Below, piece after piece: positions 37,951 to 48,900 of a stretch of 64,000 nucleotides of DNA. Below the pieces are notes generated by a model. It was not told the origin of the DNA, searched no databases, and was given only the letters and a program-made list of their open reading frames with translations. The position numbers and the translations under genes are program-made. Source of the stretch: Hyphochytrium catenoides (taxonomy: Eukaryota > Protista > Hyphochytriomycota); the NCBI GenBank assembly GCA_900088475.1, contig FLMG01002721.1:1-64000 (forward strand), read 5' to 3'. Numbering within the stretch: the first letter of the stretch is position 1; every line of letters starts with the position of its first letter.

Positions 37951-40306
37951 GAGAGAGAGAAAGAGAGAAAGAAAGAAAGTGAGAATGAGAGAAAGAAAAG
38001 ACAGAGACACAGAGAGAGAGAGAATAAATACCAGTTGACGAAAATATCGCTTCGCATCTTGCTCTAACAGGGGCTTCAGCTTCCTGCTCATACCCATAAG
38101 AGCATGTTAGGATTCAATAGATCAGAAGGCAAGACACAGCGAGGGGTTTCCAAGTGGAAGGCCATACAAGGGATGGAAAGGGCAGAGAGAGTGAGAAGGC
38201 TTATATAAGAAGGAAGAACAGGAGCGCGAGTATAGCGGTGAGAGGATATGTGACAGGCCGAGGCAAACAGAAAAGTCCTTGAAAAATAAAGCAAAGGCCC
38301 TACAGGCGACTATCCGGCATGACAGGACCGCCCTCGACGAGCTCGGAGACCATGTAGAGGTTGTCGTACTCTGCCCGGAGAGAAGATTGGGGTGAGAGGC
38401 GCTGATGCTCGTCATGCTCAAAAGACAGGTGGGGAAGAGCTAGAGACGAGAAGAGCGTTGACAAAGCGAAGGAGACATCTAGCACTTCTTCTCTATATGC
38501 GTCAGATGAAGACGAAGAGGGGAGCAGCAAAGGGCAATTACTAGGACTGAAAAGAGAAGAACAAGACAAGAAGAGGAGAGAGGACCCTACGTCTTACCCT
38601 CATCGTCGATCACTTCGTGGAGCACAAGGCAGTGCGGATGAATGACCTTCTTCCATATCGCGATCTCTCTCTGAATGTACTCCAGAGCGTTCCCTACCCG
38701 TCCAACTCGTGTCTTCTTCAGCTTCCGCTTGTCCACCATCTTCACGGCGTAGAAATTACCGTTAAGTCTGCTTTGCGCTTTGCGGACCATGCCGTAGGCT
38801 CCTCGCCCCAGTGTCTCAAGCAGAATGCTGAGTGTTCGAGAGACATCGCACAGGAGGGGAGGAGAGGAGGACGAACGTCAGACAGGTGTAAGGGCACAGC
38901 AAGGACCGCGTTGGAAACGATCAGTCGGAGACTAAGTTGACCTCCTAAGAACTGACGCACTGCCTCTATCAGACAGCTAAGAGCGGTAAAATGGGAGACT
39001 AAGATTTCATCATCGAGGGAGAGGATGTCCGAGATAGACCCGAGCTAGACAGAGCGAGAAGGACCCGCCAGGAGGAAAACAGCGATGGGAAGACGCCCTT
39101 ACTATTGGTTGACAAGGGTGTGCCCCTTTCTATTCCTAGCCTTGACGACCGTAGTGGTCACGTAGACAGCCGTCTTCCTCTTTTTCTTCTTTGCAGAGCC
39201 CTGACGCCGACGAGCGGTCTCCAAGACCACCAGTTCTTCATTCAACCCAAGCACTGCAGGTGAAGAAAACGAGCGGAAGAGAATCTTCTCGCAGATGAAG
39301 GAGTCCAAGCTGTTCAGCTCCCAGTCCTCTGCTTCGTCAGGCCCCAAGCGAATCTGCTCTAACTTCTTCTGCAAATAAGTCCTGAGAGAGAAGGAAGCCA
39401 GGAGAGAGAGAAAGAGCAGCGTGACAGACAGACAAAGAGAAGGGTAAGAAGAGAGACACACGAGGAAGCCCTATAAGGTAGTCGAGTGCCAGGTCGTCAG
39501 CTGCGAGGTAACTCCGTGCTTCCTGTCTACACCTTCAATGCTTGAAAAAGAATATATGGGAAAAATAGCTGCTCTCCCGCAACAAACTAGGCCAGAAGGG
39601 CTGCCTCTTAAGAGTAAAAAGAATATAGAGTCCAATGGCAGAGCAATGTAGGACCCATGTCCAAAAGCGCACGTCCACCTTGAGTCAGATGGCTAGTCGC
39701 TTACCTAATGTGGTCGGGGTTTTCAACAGTTAGAGACTGGGTTCTGGTTAGTCGCCGCCGACCATCTAACTCCAGCGTGCCCTTCTCCTGTCCTTTGATT
39801 GTTCCCTGTGACTCTCTTTCCTCTTGGATCCCCTCAGCCTGCAGCTTGCGTGATGCATAACGTGCCGCCACGGAGACAACCATGTTCGGGAGCCTCCATA
39901 TGCTCCTCTGCCGGTCCTCCTCCTGCTGCCTTTGTAAGGAGAGAGAGAGATCAGTGTACGTCGTTTCCAACTCTTCGAGGTCTATGGTCCCGCGGGCAAC
40001 GTCAAGAGCTCTAGAACTGGGAAGACTGGCATCACTGATTCTAGCGGGGGAGAGATGAAGCTGGGCAGTCAGTCTCCGCACGGTATAGGACTCCTTTGCA
40101 AAGTATTTCTGTGAGAGGCGCTTCCAATCTGACTTATCAGGCTTCAAAGCTTTCATGCTCTGCCCCGCGCTCTGCAGAGATTTGATCACGGAAATCCCTT
40201 GCTTCTTATCGGCGACCCGATCGTCACGCCCTGAGTCACCATCTCCAGCATGGTCCGTGAGCCGACTCTCGTGCGTCTCTACTGGGTGAGAGATATTGCA
40301 GCCCAT
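35367..40306 (-). CDS. CAMKK/GRIK-family Ser/Thr protein kinase with a long N-terminal extension starting MGC
   Basis: LVNQY|[16 protein letters not shown]...[13 protein letters not shown]...[88 protein letters not shown]...GYVPF, HPWVT; the NQY, GPVM and AF.APE features are CAMKK-like. C-terminal end approximate. Confidence 0.85.
36648..36697. repeat. Perfect 25-bp tandem duplication in a kinase intron
   Basis: aggaggaagagttaagaaagagtaa at 36648-36672 and 36673-36697. Confidence 0.9.
37553..38021. repeat. Intronic (CT)n and (GA)n microsatellites flanking a small kinase exon
   Basis: (CT)n at about 37553-37665 and (GA)n at about 37903-38021. Confidence 0.9.
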
Positions 40307-40583
40307 GGTCAACCTCTATCTAGACAGCAGCGACAGGAAGCCTATTTATAGGCGTTGTGATGCTGGGGAAGCTCATAGAACTTCGCCTCATCTATTGGCT
40401 GGCACTGGCATTCAGGGCGATGATGCACCTTGTCCGCTCAGAGAGTGTATGTCCTTGAATGTTGCTGAGGCCTTTTTAGTTGGTCGTCGAGGTCCAATCA
40501 GCTCTTCCATTTCCATCTCTAGAGAGCCCTTGGCTGACGTCCTGACCCCGAGGTGCTGAAAGTCTCTCTTCCAGAAGGACTTT

Positions 40584-41206
40584 CTAGAGACCATAAGAGG
40601 TGAGCATCCGAGGAGGAAGCTTCTCAATCAGCCGAAGGATGGCACGAAGAGGTTGGCATCGCGGCAGATCAGGCGGCTTTCGGACCTAAGAGACAAGAGA
40701 AGCCGTTGCCTAAGAGAAGCCGTAGCCTTGCCTGTAGCTTTTATGGAGTCCCAGAGCCATAAATATACATGGCGCTAATTCTCCTAGGGAATCCATTTAG
40801 AGACAGCCATATGTAGAGCGTGCCCATCCCACAGCCCTTTCTCCCTCTGCATCAAATGCACTCTCGCCTCTATCACCCTCCTTTCTCTCTTCTCTCTCTC
40901 TCTCTCTCTTTTTGTCTTCCTTCCCTCTCGCTCTCTCTCCTTCCTCGTCTCTCATTCGGCCTCTATTCCTCTGGCCTCATACCCAGCTCATCTCATGGTT
41001 GTAGCAGCGCTGGTCGATTAGTTGCTTGAAGGCCATGTCCCTGCAGCGAGGTCTGCCACCCATAGTAGAATGTCTGCGCATGTTTGCTCTTCTTTGAGAA
41101 GGAGAGGGGGTAGGTGGGAAGAGACAGGCGAATGCGCAGTACAAGTACGGCCACGATGCGGACCACTGAAGAGATGATGGTGGTGTCGCCTTTTGTGACT
41201 AGGAGT

Positions 41207-41237
<31 letters not shown>

Positions 41238-41726
41238 NNNNNNNNNNNNNNNNNNNNNNNNNNNNNNNNNNNNNNNNNNNNNNNGAGAGAGAGAGAGAGA
41301 GAGAAAGAAAGAGAAAGAGAGGAGAGAAGAGCAGCTTTCTGTGATGTATGCAGCTCTTCCTAACCACACCCAAGCGCCAATCCGCCCACCCACTCTCATC
41401 CGTTACAAGCAGTGCGATGATGAAAGAGAAACCTTCCTAGACAGGTTCCGAATAGGTCCAGCCATATCCTAGGTTATTCATATCCAATAGTGCCTTAGGT
41501 TTGGTGGCTGCTGCTGGGTCCTCACATCTCCTCCTTGGTCCTCCGCGCCAGCATCTGTCTCTCCGTCACTCGATGACATGCATGCGGGCGGGAGCTCAGG
41601 CAGGATCAGGGAGCCCTTCTTCTTAGTCTAAGATATTGACAGAGCCGGTCGGTTGTTTGACCGACTGACAATTCTTAGTCTATCGAGGCTCACCGTCGGC
41701 GTCGGCTGATAGAGTTTGGGTTATTG
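40584..41726 (-). CDS. Candidate small spliced gene of unknown function
   Basis: Phase-compatible exons ...DMAFKQLIDQRCYNHEMSW|gtatga (donor 40982) and ctcttag|VRKPPDLPRCQPLRAILRLIEKLPPRMLTSYGL* (40685-40584). Upstream exons are unresolved and cross an N-gap. Confidence 0.25.
41211..41310. repeat. (GA)n microsatellite containing an assembly gap (N 41238-41284)
   Basis: GA repeats on both sides of 47 N. Confidence 0.95.
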
Positions 41727-42168
41727 GTGCTCATTAGAGATGTCCTTCATAACGGAGACTCAGTCTCTGGGGCGAAGGCTAGGTCGGGTCGGACAGAAGG
41801 AGAGGCTTGAGTAGATAGTTGATAGCAGTCGATGTTCTTGGTAATTATCAGCAGGAGTTCTGAGATCGTTCCTGCCTGGTCTCTAGGAGGGGACTAGGTG
41901 CTAGTTCCATGTAATCTTTACATTGAAACACCGTGGGCAGCAAGCCCACCTGATTCTACTGGCGAAGCCTGACTTGTTCTAGCGTCATCTTTTTGAGCCC
42001 GATAGGCCAGAGCAGATCTGACCGTCCGGTTCGCTGGCATACCTTGGTCCTCCGTAGAGCCATTGAAGGGTGTTAAACTTGCTTTCCTCGGCAAAATTAC
42101 GGGCCCAACCGTCTGCGATGGAGACTCACGCTAACCCTTTGAAGTATCAAGGGGGCCCACGATCTGTT

Positions 42169-43674
42169 CTACCGCAACGCCTTCATGCTTTGGGGTAGGT
42201 CTGCGAAGTAAGGATGGCTCATGGCCTCCGGGGCAGATATCCGCTTCGATGGATCGAACTGCAGCATCTTAGCCATGAGATCTACGCCTTGGCTATCCAG
42301 GGTTGGCACCAGGTCCTTTAAAGAGTCTTTTGATAGCACGGCGGATGTGGGAAGAGGTAACGATGGCATGCAGGGATAAAATGGTGTCAATAAACAAAAA
42401 GCCTAGTCGGAGTAGTAGGAAGCCTGAGAACTGATGAGGTTATACGACCGAAAGGCTATATAACATATTGGAAAGAAGAAATGAAGAGGAAGCCCGACAA
42501 AAGCTGGTCTTGCTTGAAATAGCACCATCATACTGATAATGCAGAGAGAGAGAGAGCTTCACATCACTGACGCTTTCAAAGCGCACCTGGCTTGGGATAC
42601 ACAGGGAAATCGGGACGGTAGTCAGGAAGCTCCACAATGGCTGGATATTGGTCTGCGGACGGCGTGCCCAGATGTCTAAAAATGCGATCAAGTTGGTCAG
42701 TCTCTGACGTCCCAGCAAAGAGAGGCCGGCCGTTGACCATCTCCGCAAAGATGCAGCCGATGCTCCAGATATCCACTGGAGTCGAGTACTTTCTGTGGAG
42801 ACTTATCAGTTAGATATAAAGGAGTCTGCGGAAGGACCTGGGAAGCGATCTCCGTACCTTGAACCCATCAGGACGTCTGGCGCCCTGTACCATAAGGTGA
42901 CGACTTCGTGAGTATAGCTCCGCACAGGAATGCCAAAGGCACGTGCGAGTCCAAAATCTGCCAACTTCAGCTCGCCCTCTCGATTGATAAGTAGGTTCTG
43001 GGGCTTGAGATCCCTATAAATCAGCAAGTTGTCAAGCGATTCCCTCATGCGGATGATATCAATGTGGGCACCATCTTTTACCTATGGAGCACTCTGTGAT
43101 GATGGCAATAGGCCACCCCTCGAAGGAGCTGATAGAGGAAAGACTAGATGCGGGAGCCACGTGGTCGTTAGGGCTGCACAAGGAGGATAGCGGAGAAGGC
43201 ATGTAAAGCGCTACCTTGATGATAGCCTTGTCCATTCCGCCCTCACATACGTCCAAGTACTTCTTGAGGTCCTGATCCAAATACTCGAAGACCAAAGTGA
43301 GCTTTCTCTCGGTATGCACGACATCGTAGAGACTGTGAGAGCAAGAAAGAATGAGTACTTTTGGTAAGAGTATGAACAGCATTGTAAGCTTTGCCGATAC
43401 CGGACGATGTTGGGATGTTGAAGCTCTTTCAAGAGCGAAATCTCTCTGATGGCTGTGCTTGGGATACCCTCATCCTCTGCTTCCAGTCGGATCTTCTTCA
43501 AAGCGAAGATCTCCCCTGTTAATGCGCCAGGATGCGCGAGACAGTTAGCAACATCCTTCCACACTAACACACTGCGTGCCGGTAGTAACAGTTACCTGTG
43601 ACGCGGTCCTTGGCCTTGTAGACAACTCCGTAAGTTCCTTCACCAATTTTCTCTAACTTTTGATAGCGCTCCAT
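42169..43674 (-). CDS. CDKA: PSTAIRE cyclin-dependent kinase (CDKA/cdc2 type), 7 exons
   Basis: [21 protein letters not shown]..., [97 protein letters not shown]. Confidence 0.96.
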
Positions 43675-44448
43675 GGCAGTGGCCGCTGTTGCCCCTATGA
43701 AGGCTCCCCAGGCGTTAGGCTAGAAATCCCGTCACGACCTTCAACGGCGCGGCATGATCTCCATCCAACCCCGTGCTTCTTCCCTCACAAGATATATCCT
43801 CTCTTGGCCGTCGCTAATATGCTCAGCCTATGACAGCCAAGTCCTGACGCCATGCATAGCATCTCTCTGATGCACGGTGAAGGGCTGCGAACATCGAAGA
43901 GTGACGTCTGCAGCTCGAGAAACATCTTCATTATCTGGGTCTCAAGGTCCAGCCGCCATCATCAGAGTCCCTAGACCTTGGTTGAGAGCTTCACAGACAG
44001 AACCGAGCTTGACCACTCCCTCCTTACTTTATGCCTCCCCAGGCTGGTTCTAAATAATGTGCCATGAGTGTGGTCTATTCCGGTCGGACATATTGTGTAT
44101 TCGAGATCGGGGTTGGAGCCGACAGAAAATTATATTCGGTCCATTCAATTCGGTTAGTTGATAAAACCTTCATCTGAAGCTCTTCTCCCAGCAGGGGAAG
44201 ATCTTGTTCCTTGGCACTTTGAGAAGAGGATGAAGGCCAGCGCAGGTGCTGTCGCTGCTGCTGAAGAGCAGGACAAGACTGCTGGAGACTGACAAGGCTG
44301 GAGACGATAGACGTGGTGAAGAGGAAGGGGCAGTCGCATACTAGAAGATAGAGTGGAGTATGAGAGAGTCGGGAGACTGTGGGGACGAAGTCTTATGGTA
44401 TGAGGTGCAGGAATAGAGCTCATGGAGGCGGAGCATGAATGAAGAAAG

Positions 44449-45507
44449 ATGATGCTCTCCTACAGCAATGCAGAAGATGAGACAACGCGCCTTCTTCCCT
44501 CGTCTGTGACTCTTGTCGCTCTCAAAGCCACGGGGAAGCGCTTTGTGACGGGCATCGCCTCCTCCTATGACAATACCTTCCCTCCAGCACTCTCGGGTAT
44601 CGCTGGTAGGTAGCAAAGCTAGAGAAAGGACGAGACAGACGGTCTACGGAGAGGCGCGAGGAGTGAGGAGGGAAGAGACGGGAAGGATGATTAGACGTAA
44701 CGAACTAAAGGAAGAGGGAAATCAAGAAATGTGTGTGTGTGTTGGGGGTTGAGGGGGAGAGAGAGAGACAGAGAGACAGAGACAGAGAGAGAGAAAGGGA
44801 GACAGAGAGAGAGGAAGAGGAAGAATAGGCAGGCGTCGGGCAGAGAGAGAGAGAGGAGAGAGAGAGGCAGAGATAAAGGGAGAATAGGCGGGCGTGAGGT
44901 AGAGAAGAGAATAAAAAGAGGGGTGAGAACAGTGATGAGCACCGTGCTAACCTTTGACTGCAGAGGAGGACGAGTTTGCTAGCGCCTTAGTGGAGATCAA
45001 CTGCACCTTGCAGGACTATTGGCCGTGTGACTGCTGCTTCATCGCTGGCTACCTGTGCTGCCCCTGCACCTGTGGACTTTCCTTCCTTGTTCCGAACCTA
45101 TGTATTAGAGATGTATGGCCCAACCCCTAACACTTTAGAAGAGCCGCTTCCTTCGTGGTTCCCCTCTCTCATGCCAGTTTGCTTGAAACAGGTAGAAAAG
45201 TACGTGGAGACGGTGTTGGCTAGGCTGAGTAGGCGGAAGTACTGGCAGGAACGAGGCATCACATGGAGGCTGAGAAAGAATTGGCTCTCTCCTGCGGTGA
45301 GGCTTGACTATTTCTCATCTTCTTTCAGCCATTTTCTTTGCATAGTCAGGCCTTTTATGTTCACTTATGACTCTTCAGGTCTGGCGCCAACATCTCTTGC
45401 TGCTCTCTTTGGTCGCCTGTCCACAGCCTCATCTCTTCTACCCGCCCTCTCTTACTTGTCAGATTGAACTTCAAGTTGACCGCGCGGCCCAAAAAGTAAG
45501 GACCTAG
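44449..45507 (+). CDS. Cysteine-rich hydrophobic (CHIC)/Golgin-A7-ERF4 family protein, about 151 aa; exons 44449-44605, 44964-45112, 45192-45296, 45463-45507
   Basis: Spliced: ...ATGKRFVTGIASSYDNTFPPALSGIA|EEDEFASALVEINCTLQDYWPCDCCFIAGYLCCPCTCGLSFLVPNLCIRD|VEKYVETVLARLSRRKYWQERGITWRLRKNWLSPA|IELQV...; matches the CHIC pattern F..EFP..L.G.V..EEF...I..VN..L...G.LCCC.T.G.S..P..C...L.W.L. All introns GT-AG and in phase; start and last exon tentative. Confidence 0.8.
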
Positions 45508-45983
45508 CGAAGCTGCATAGACTTAATTGGTGAGGATAGAGAAGCTCAAGGGGCTGGCAGGGCCAGTCCACCTTAACAGAAAGAAGGGAAGGAGATAACA
45601 AGGGGAACGATAGCAGCCCTGTCTTGGCCTGTTAAGCACAATAAATTATTAGCTGATTGACCTAGGTCCCGCTACATATCTCTGACAGCTGCAGAGGAGA
45701 GCTGGAACCCGCTCTGCCAGAAGCTCTGCGTCTATTGCTTGCCCTACCTTCCCTACATCACCACTCTCTTACAAGCCCATCTCCCTCCTGCAATCTTGAT
45801 CCCATGAGAGTACACATTGGGAGCTGGACTATCTTGCATCGACTGATATCATCTCTAATACCTACGCTTTCTTAAGCAAGCACACACCATATTCTCTCAC
45901 CAGTAGCTCGTCTGCTTCAGAAAGGCAACAACTACCATGGCTCTTAGGTGAAGGAAGCTGGAGATGGAGGTGAAGAGGCTGCC

Positions 45984-48900
45984 TCATCCGGTCAGAAAGC
46001 CTCTGACAGTCACTCTAAATGGTGTCATCTTCTGCGTGAACTTGTCTCTGTTGTTGACCTCAAGATTCCGTCGCACGTCGACAAAGAGTTTGGAAAATGC
46101 TTCTTCCAGCCGAGCCTGGTTCTGAGGGCTTTGCGTCATGATGAGCTGCTGCTTACACTGCTGGAACGCCTGGGTTTACCGGCACAGACCACATGAGATG
46201 GAGAGGTCAGGAGAGAAGTGGAGCTGAGCTGATAAAAGAGAATAAAGGCAAGAACATGCTTGAGACATCGCCGTGGAGTTCTGACAAGACGTACGAGGTG
46301 CATCAGACAAAGAGAGCTAACTAATATGGCCTCGAGGGCAAGCGAACCTAAATCTGCAGAATAGGCTTGGTAAACAACGACGTGCTCAGCTTACCTCCTC
46401 ACTGGCAAGTGTAATGCTGAGAATTGGTCTGGAGAGAGACCACTGGATATTCGTCTCGCCAAAGAGGATAATATTGAAAAGGGTCGAGAGAAGAGCTGTC
46501 AGAAGCCCTGGGTTGGCGCTGAGATGCAGCTTCATCTTCCTCATTATGGGTGTGTCTTTGGAAGAGTTTGAGAAGTGGTAGGTAGCAAGATAGTCCACGG
46601 CGGAGGCGCATTGTGTACAAAGGGTTGAGTCTGGAGACACGAGCAGCAAGAGAGATAAGCTGAGTGGGACCGCACAGGGCAAGTGCTCTAGACTGCATGC
46701 GAGGCTCCCATGGAGTTGCAACAATGCTTTCCTCGACTATAGCCCTTGCTTCTCACTGGCCTCTGACTTACCTAAGGAGTTGAGTCCCTCGTGCAAGGAG
46801 TTGATCAGCTGCATGAAGATCGGTGTGTCCAGCATGATCACGAAAGGAACGTGGTTCCGGAACAAGATTTCCAAAAATGAGAAGTATGCTTTTGTGAGCT
46901 TAGGATATGTCTGCAGTCAATGGGATGGCCGTGGATAACGGTACCGGGAGTAGGAGCAATGTTAGATTAACTGACAGAGCGGTAGTAAGCCGGGGTTACT
47001 AGACTAGCGTTTACAAGGTTGATGTCTCCAGAAAGAAAGCGTTGAGCAATATCAACTCTAGCGGAGGAGCAAGGAACAGTGCTACAAGAGACGCTCAGCC
47101 GAGCAAGGAGATGCATTACACCCAGTATGGTCTATGTTAAGGAGACCACGCTCACAACAGAGCAAGAACCAATAGGCAGAGAATCCCTTGAGAGTATCGG
47201 CAGATAAGTATAGGGAGAGTCGGGTGATGGCAAATTAGCAGAATCGTCGGCGACGAGGAACAAGTGAGTGGAAGGTAAGATAGCTCAGAGAAGCCACGGA
47301 GGTCTGGACACTATGAGGTGAGAAGGGTAGTACCATGAGCTCCTGTAAGGGCACTGAGAGCGCAAGCTGCAGCGCTATTTCCAGTGCATTATCCAGGGCC
47401 TTGTCATTGTACAACGCAAACACGCCAAAGTTAACGTAGCCGCCGGCTGCGAAGGTCATAGAAGTGGTAAAGGATATTGAGATTAGTTTACATCTGTGAA
47501 GGGAGCGGTAAACGGTGGTACATGAAGAGGAGAATATGATACATCTGCATCACTTTCTGGGTTACATTCAGAGTGTAGCCACAAAGGACCGGCACCAAAG
47601 GGCATGGGAGATCGCGCCAAGGATAATGTAAGCGAACATTGAAGGAAGAGAGGAGACACAAAGCAGCTCCAGAATAGGTGAACCAGATTGAGAAAGAGGC
47701 AGAGGAGAACGTATCACAAGGTCGGGATGTGTCACAGGTCATACCGAGTGCTCTGGATAGCACCGCTAGCGTAAGCCTAATCCCCTTGTACTTGTTTCGA
47801 TAGAGATCAGACCGCTGGAAGAGCCGGTCAGTCAGTACGCCGCCATTGCCATAGAGGCAAGGACTGAGCATCACAATACGACAACCTAGGAAAATGCAGG
47901 AGACATACGGCGTGGCTGCAGCTAACGGGACCCAGAAGCCGAATGCCTAAGCAGACCCGTCTAGAAGAGGCAAGCAAGCCACCCGCGAGCATGGCGATAG
48001 TAGGGAGCAAGGAGCAGTAGCGACCTCGTCTTACCGGCTGATAGTTAACAACCTGCCTTCCATAAGCCACTATAGTCTCTGAGATTTCTCTAAAGAGCAG
48101 GATGCCGTTGGGCGAGGACTGATCAAAGACCACTCTATGCGACTTATTATAGGCGAACTCGTTCATGAACTGAAGCAACGCGGTTATCACGCTAGGGTCA
48201 TCGTAGCACTCCTTGCCAGCCCGCACGAAGACAGGAAAGTATGCTGGGTAAAGGTACTCGAAGAGGCAGCCATAGGTTTTTCTGTTATGCGTGCTGGAGG
48301 TGATGCCTCTGAGGTCTCTGCAGACGCCAGTAATGGCTTGCTTCACGCTATCTGTGCGGAAGTTTGGAGTCTGTTGCAGTTGTGCTACAAGCAAGAGGGC
48401 CATTAGACGCACAAAGAGTAAAAACGTTCAAACTAACTGAGAGGCGGCAAAACAAAGAGCAGTAGGAGTCCGTGAAAAAGCCATCAGATTATGCGACCAA
48501 GTAGGAAGAGAGAAGGTCGACTGAGGGGTAAACATCTGAAGGAGCGTCAAGGAGAGACAACACTGACAAGGATGGCATTTCCCTTACCTAGAGTATTAAG
48601 GATGGGCTGCACAAAGATGTCAAATCTTTCTAGCGAGTCATCAATGGATGAGAGCAGTATCTTCGTGAGAGTCGAGTAGAAAAGTGTCCGATGGCGAGTA
48701 TTGGCAGGATAGCTAAGGAAAGGGAAGTCCTCGGCAGTATGGTGCTGCATCAAATACTGCACAGTGTCCAGGGAAAGAAGGAGCTTCCCGCTGCCATAGC
48801 CTGAAGCGATTTCCCAGAAAAGCTCTAGAGTCTTCCCTATAATCTCTTCCTCTTCCGCCCAATACTTTAGATTGTTCCCTATCTTGGTGACAATCATATT

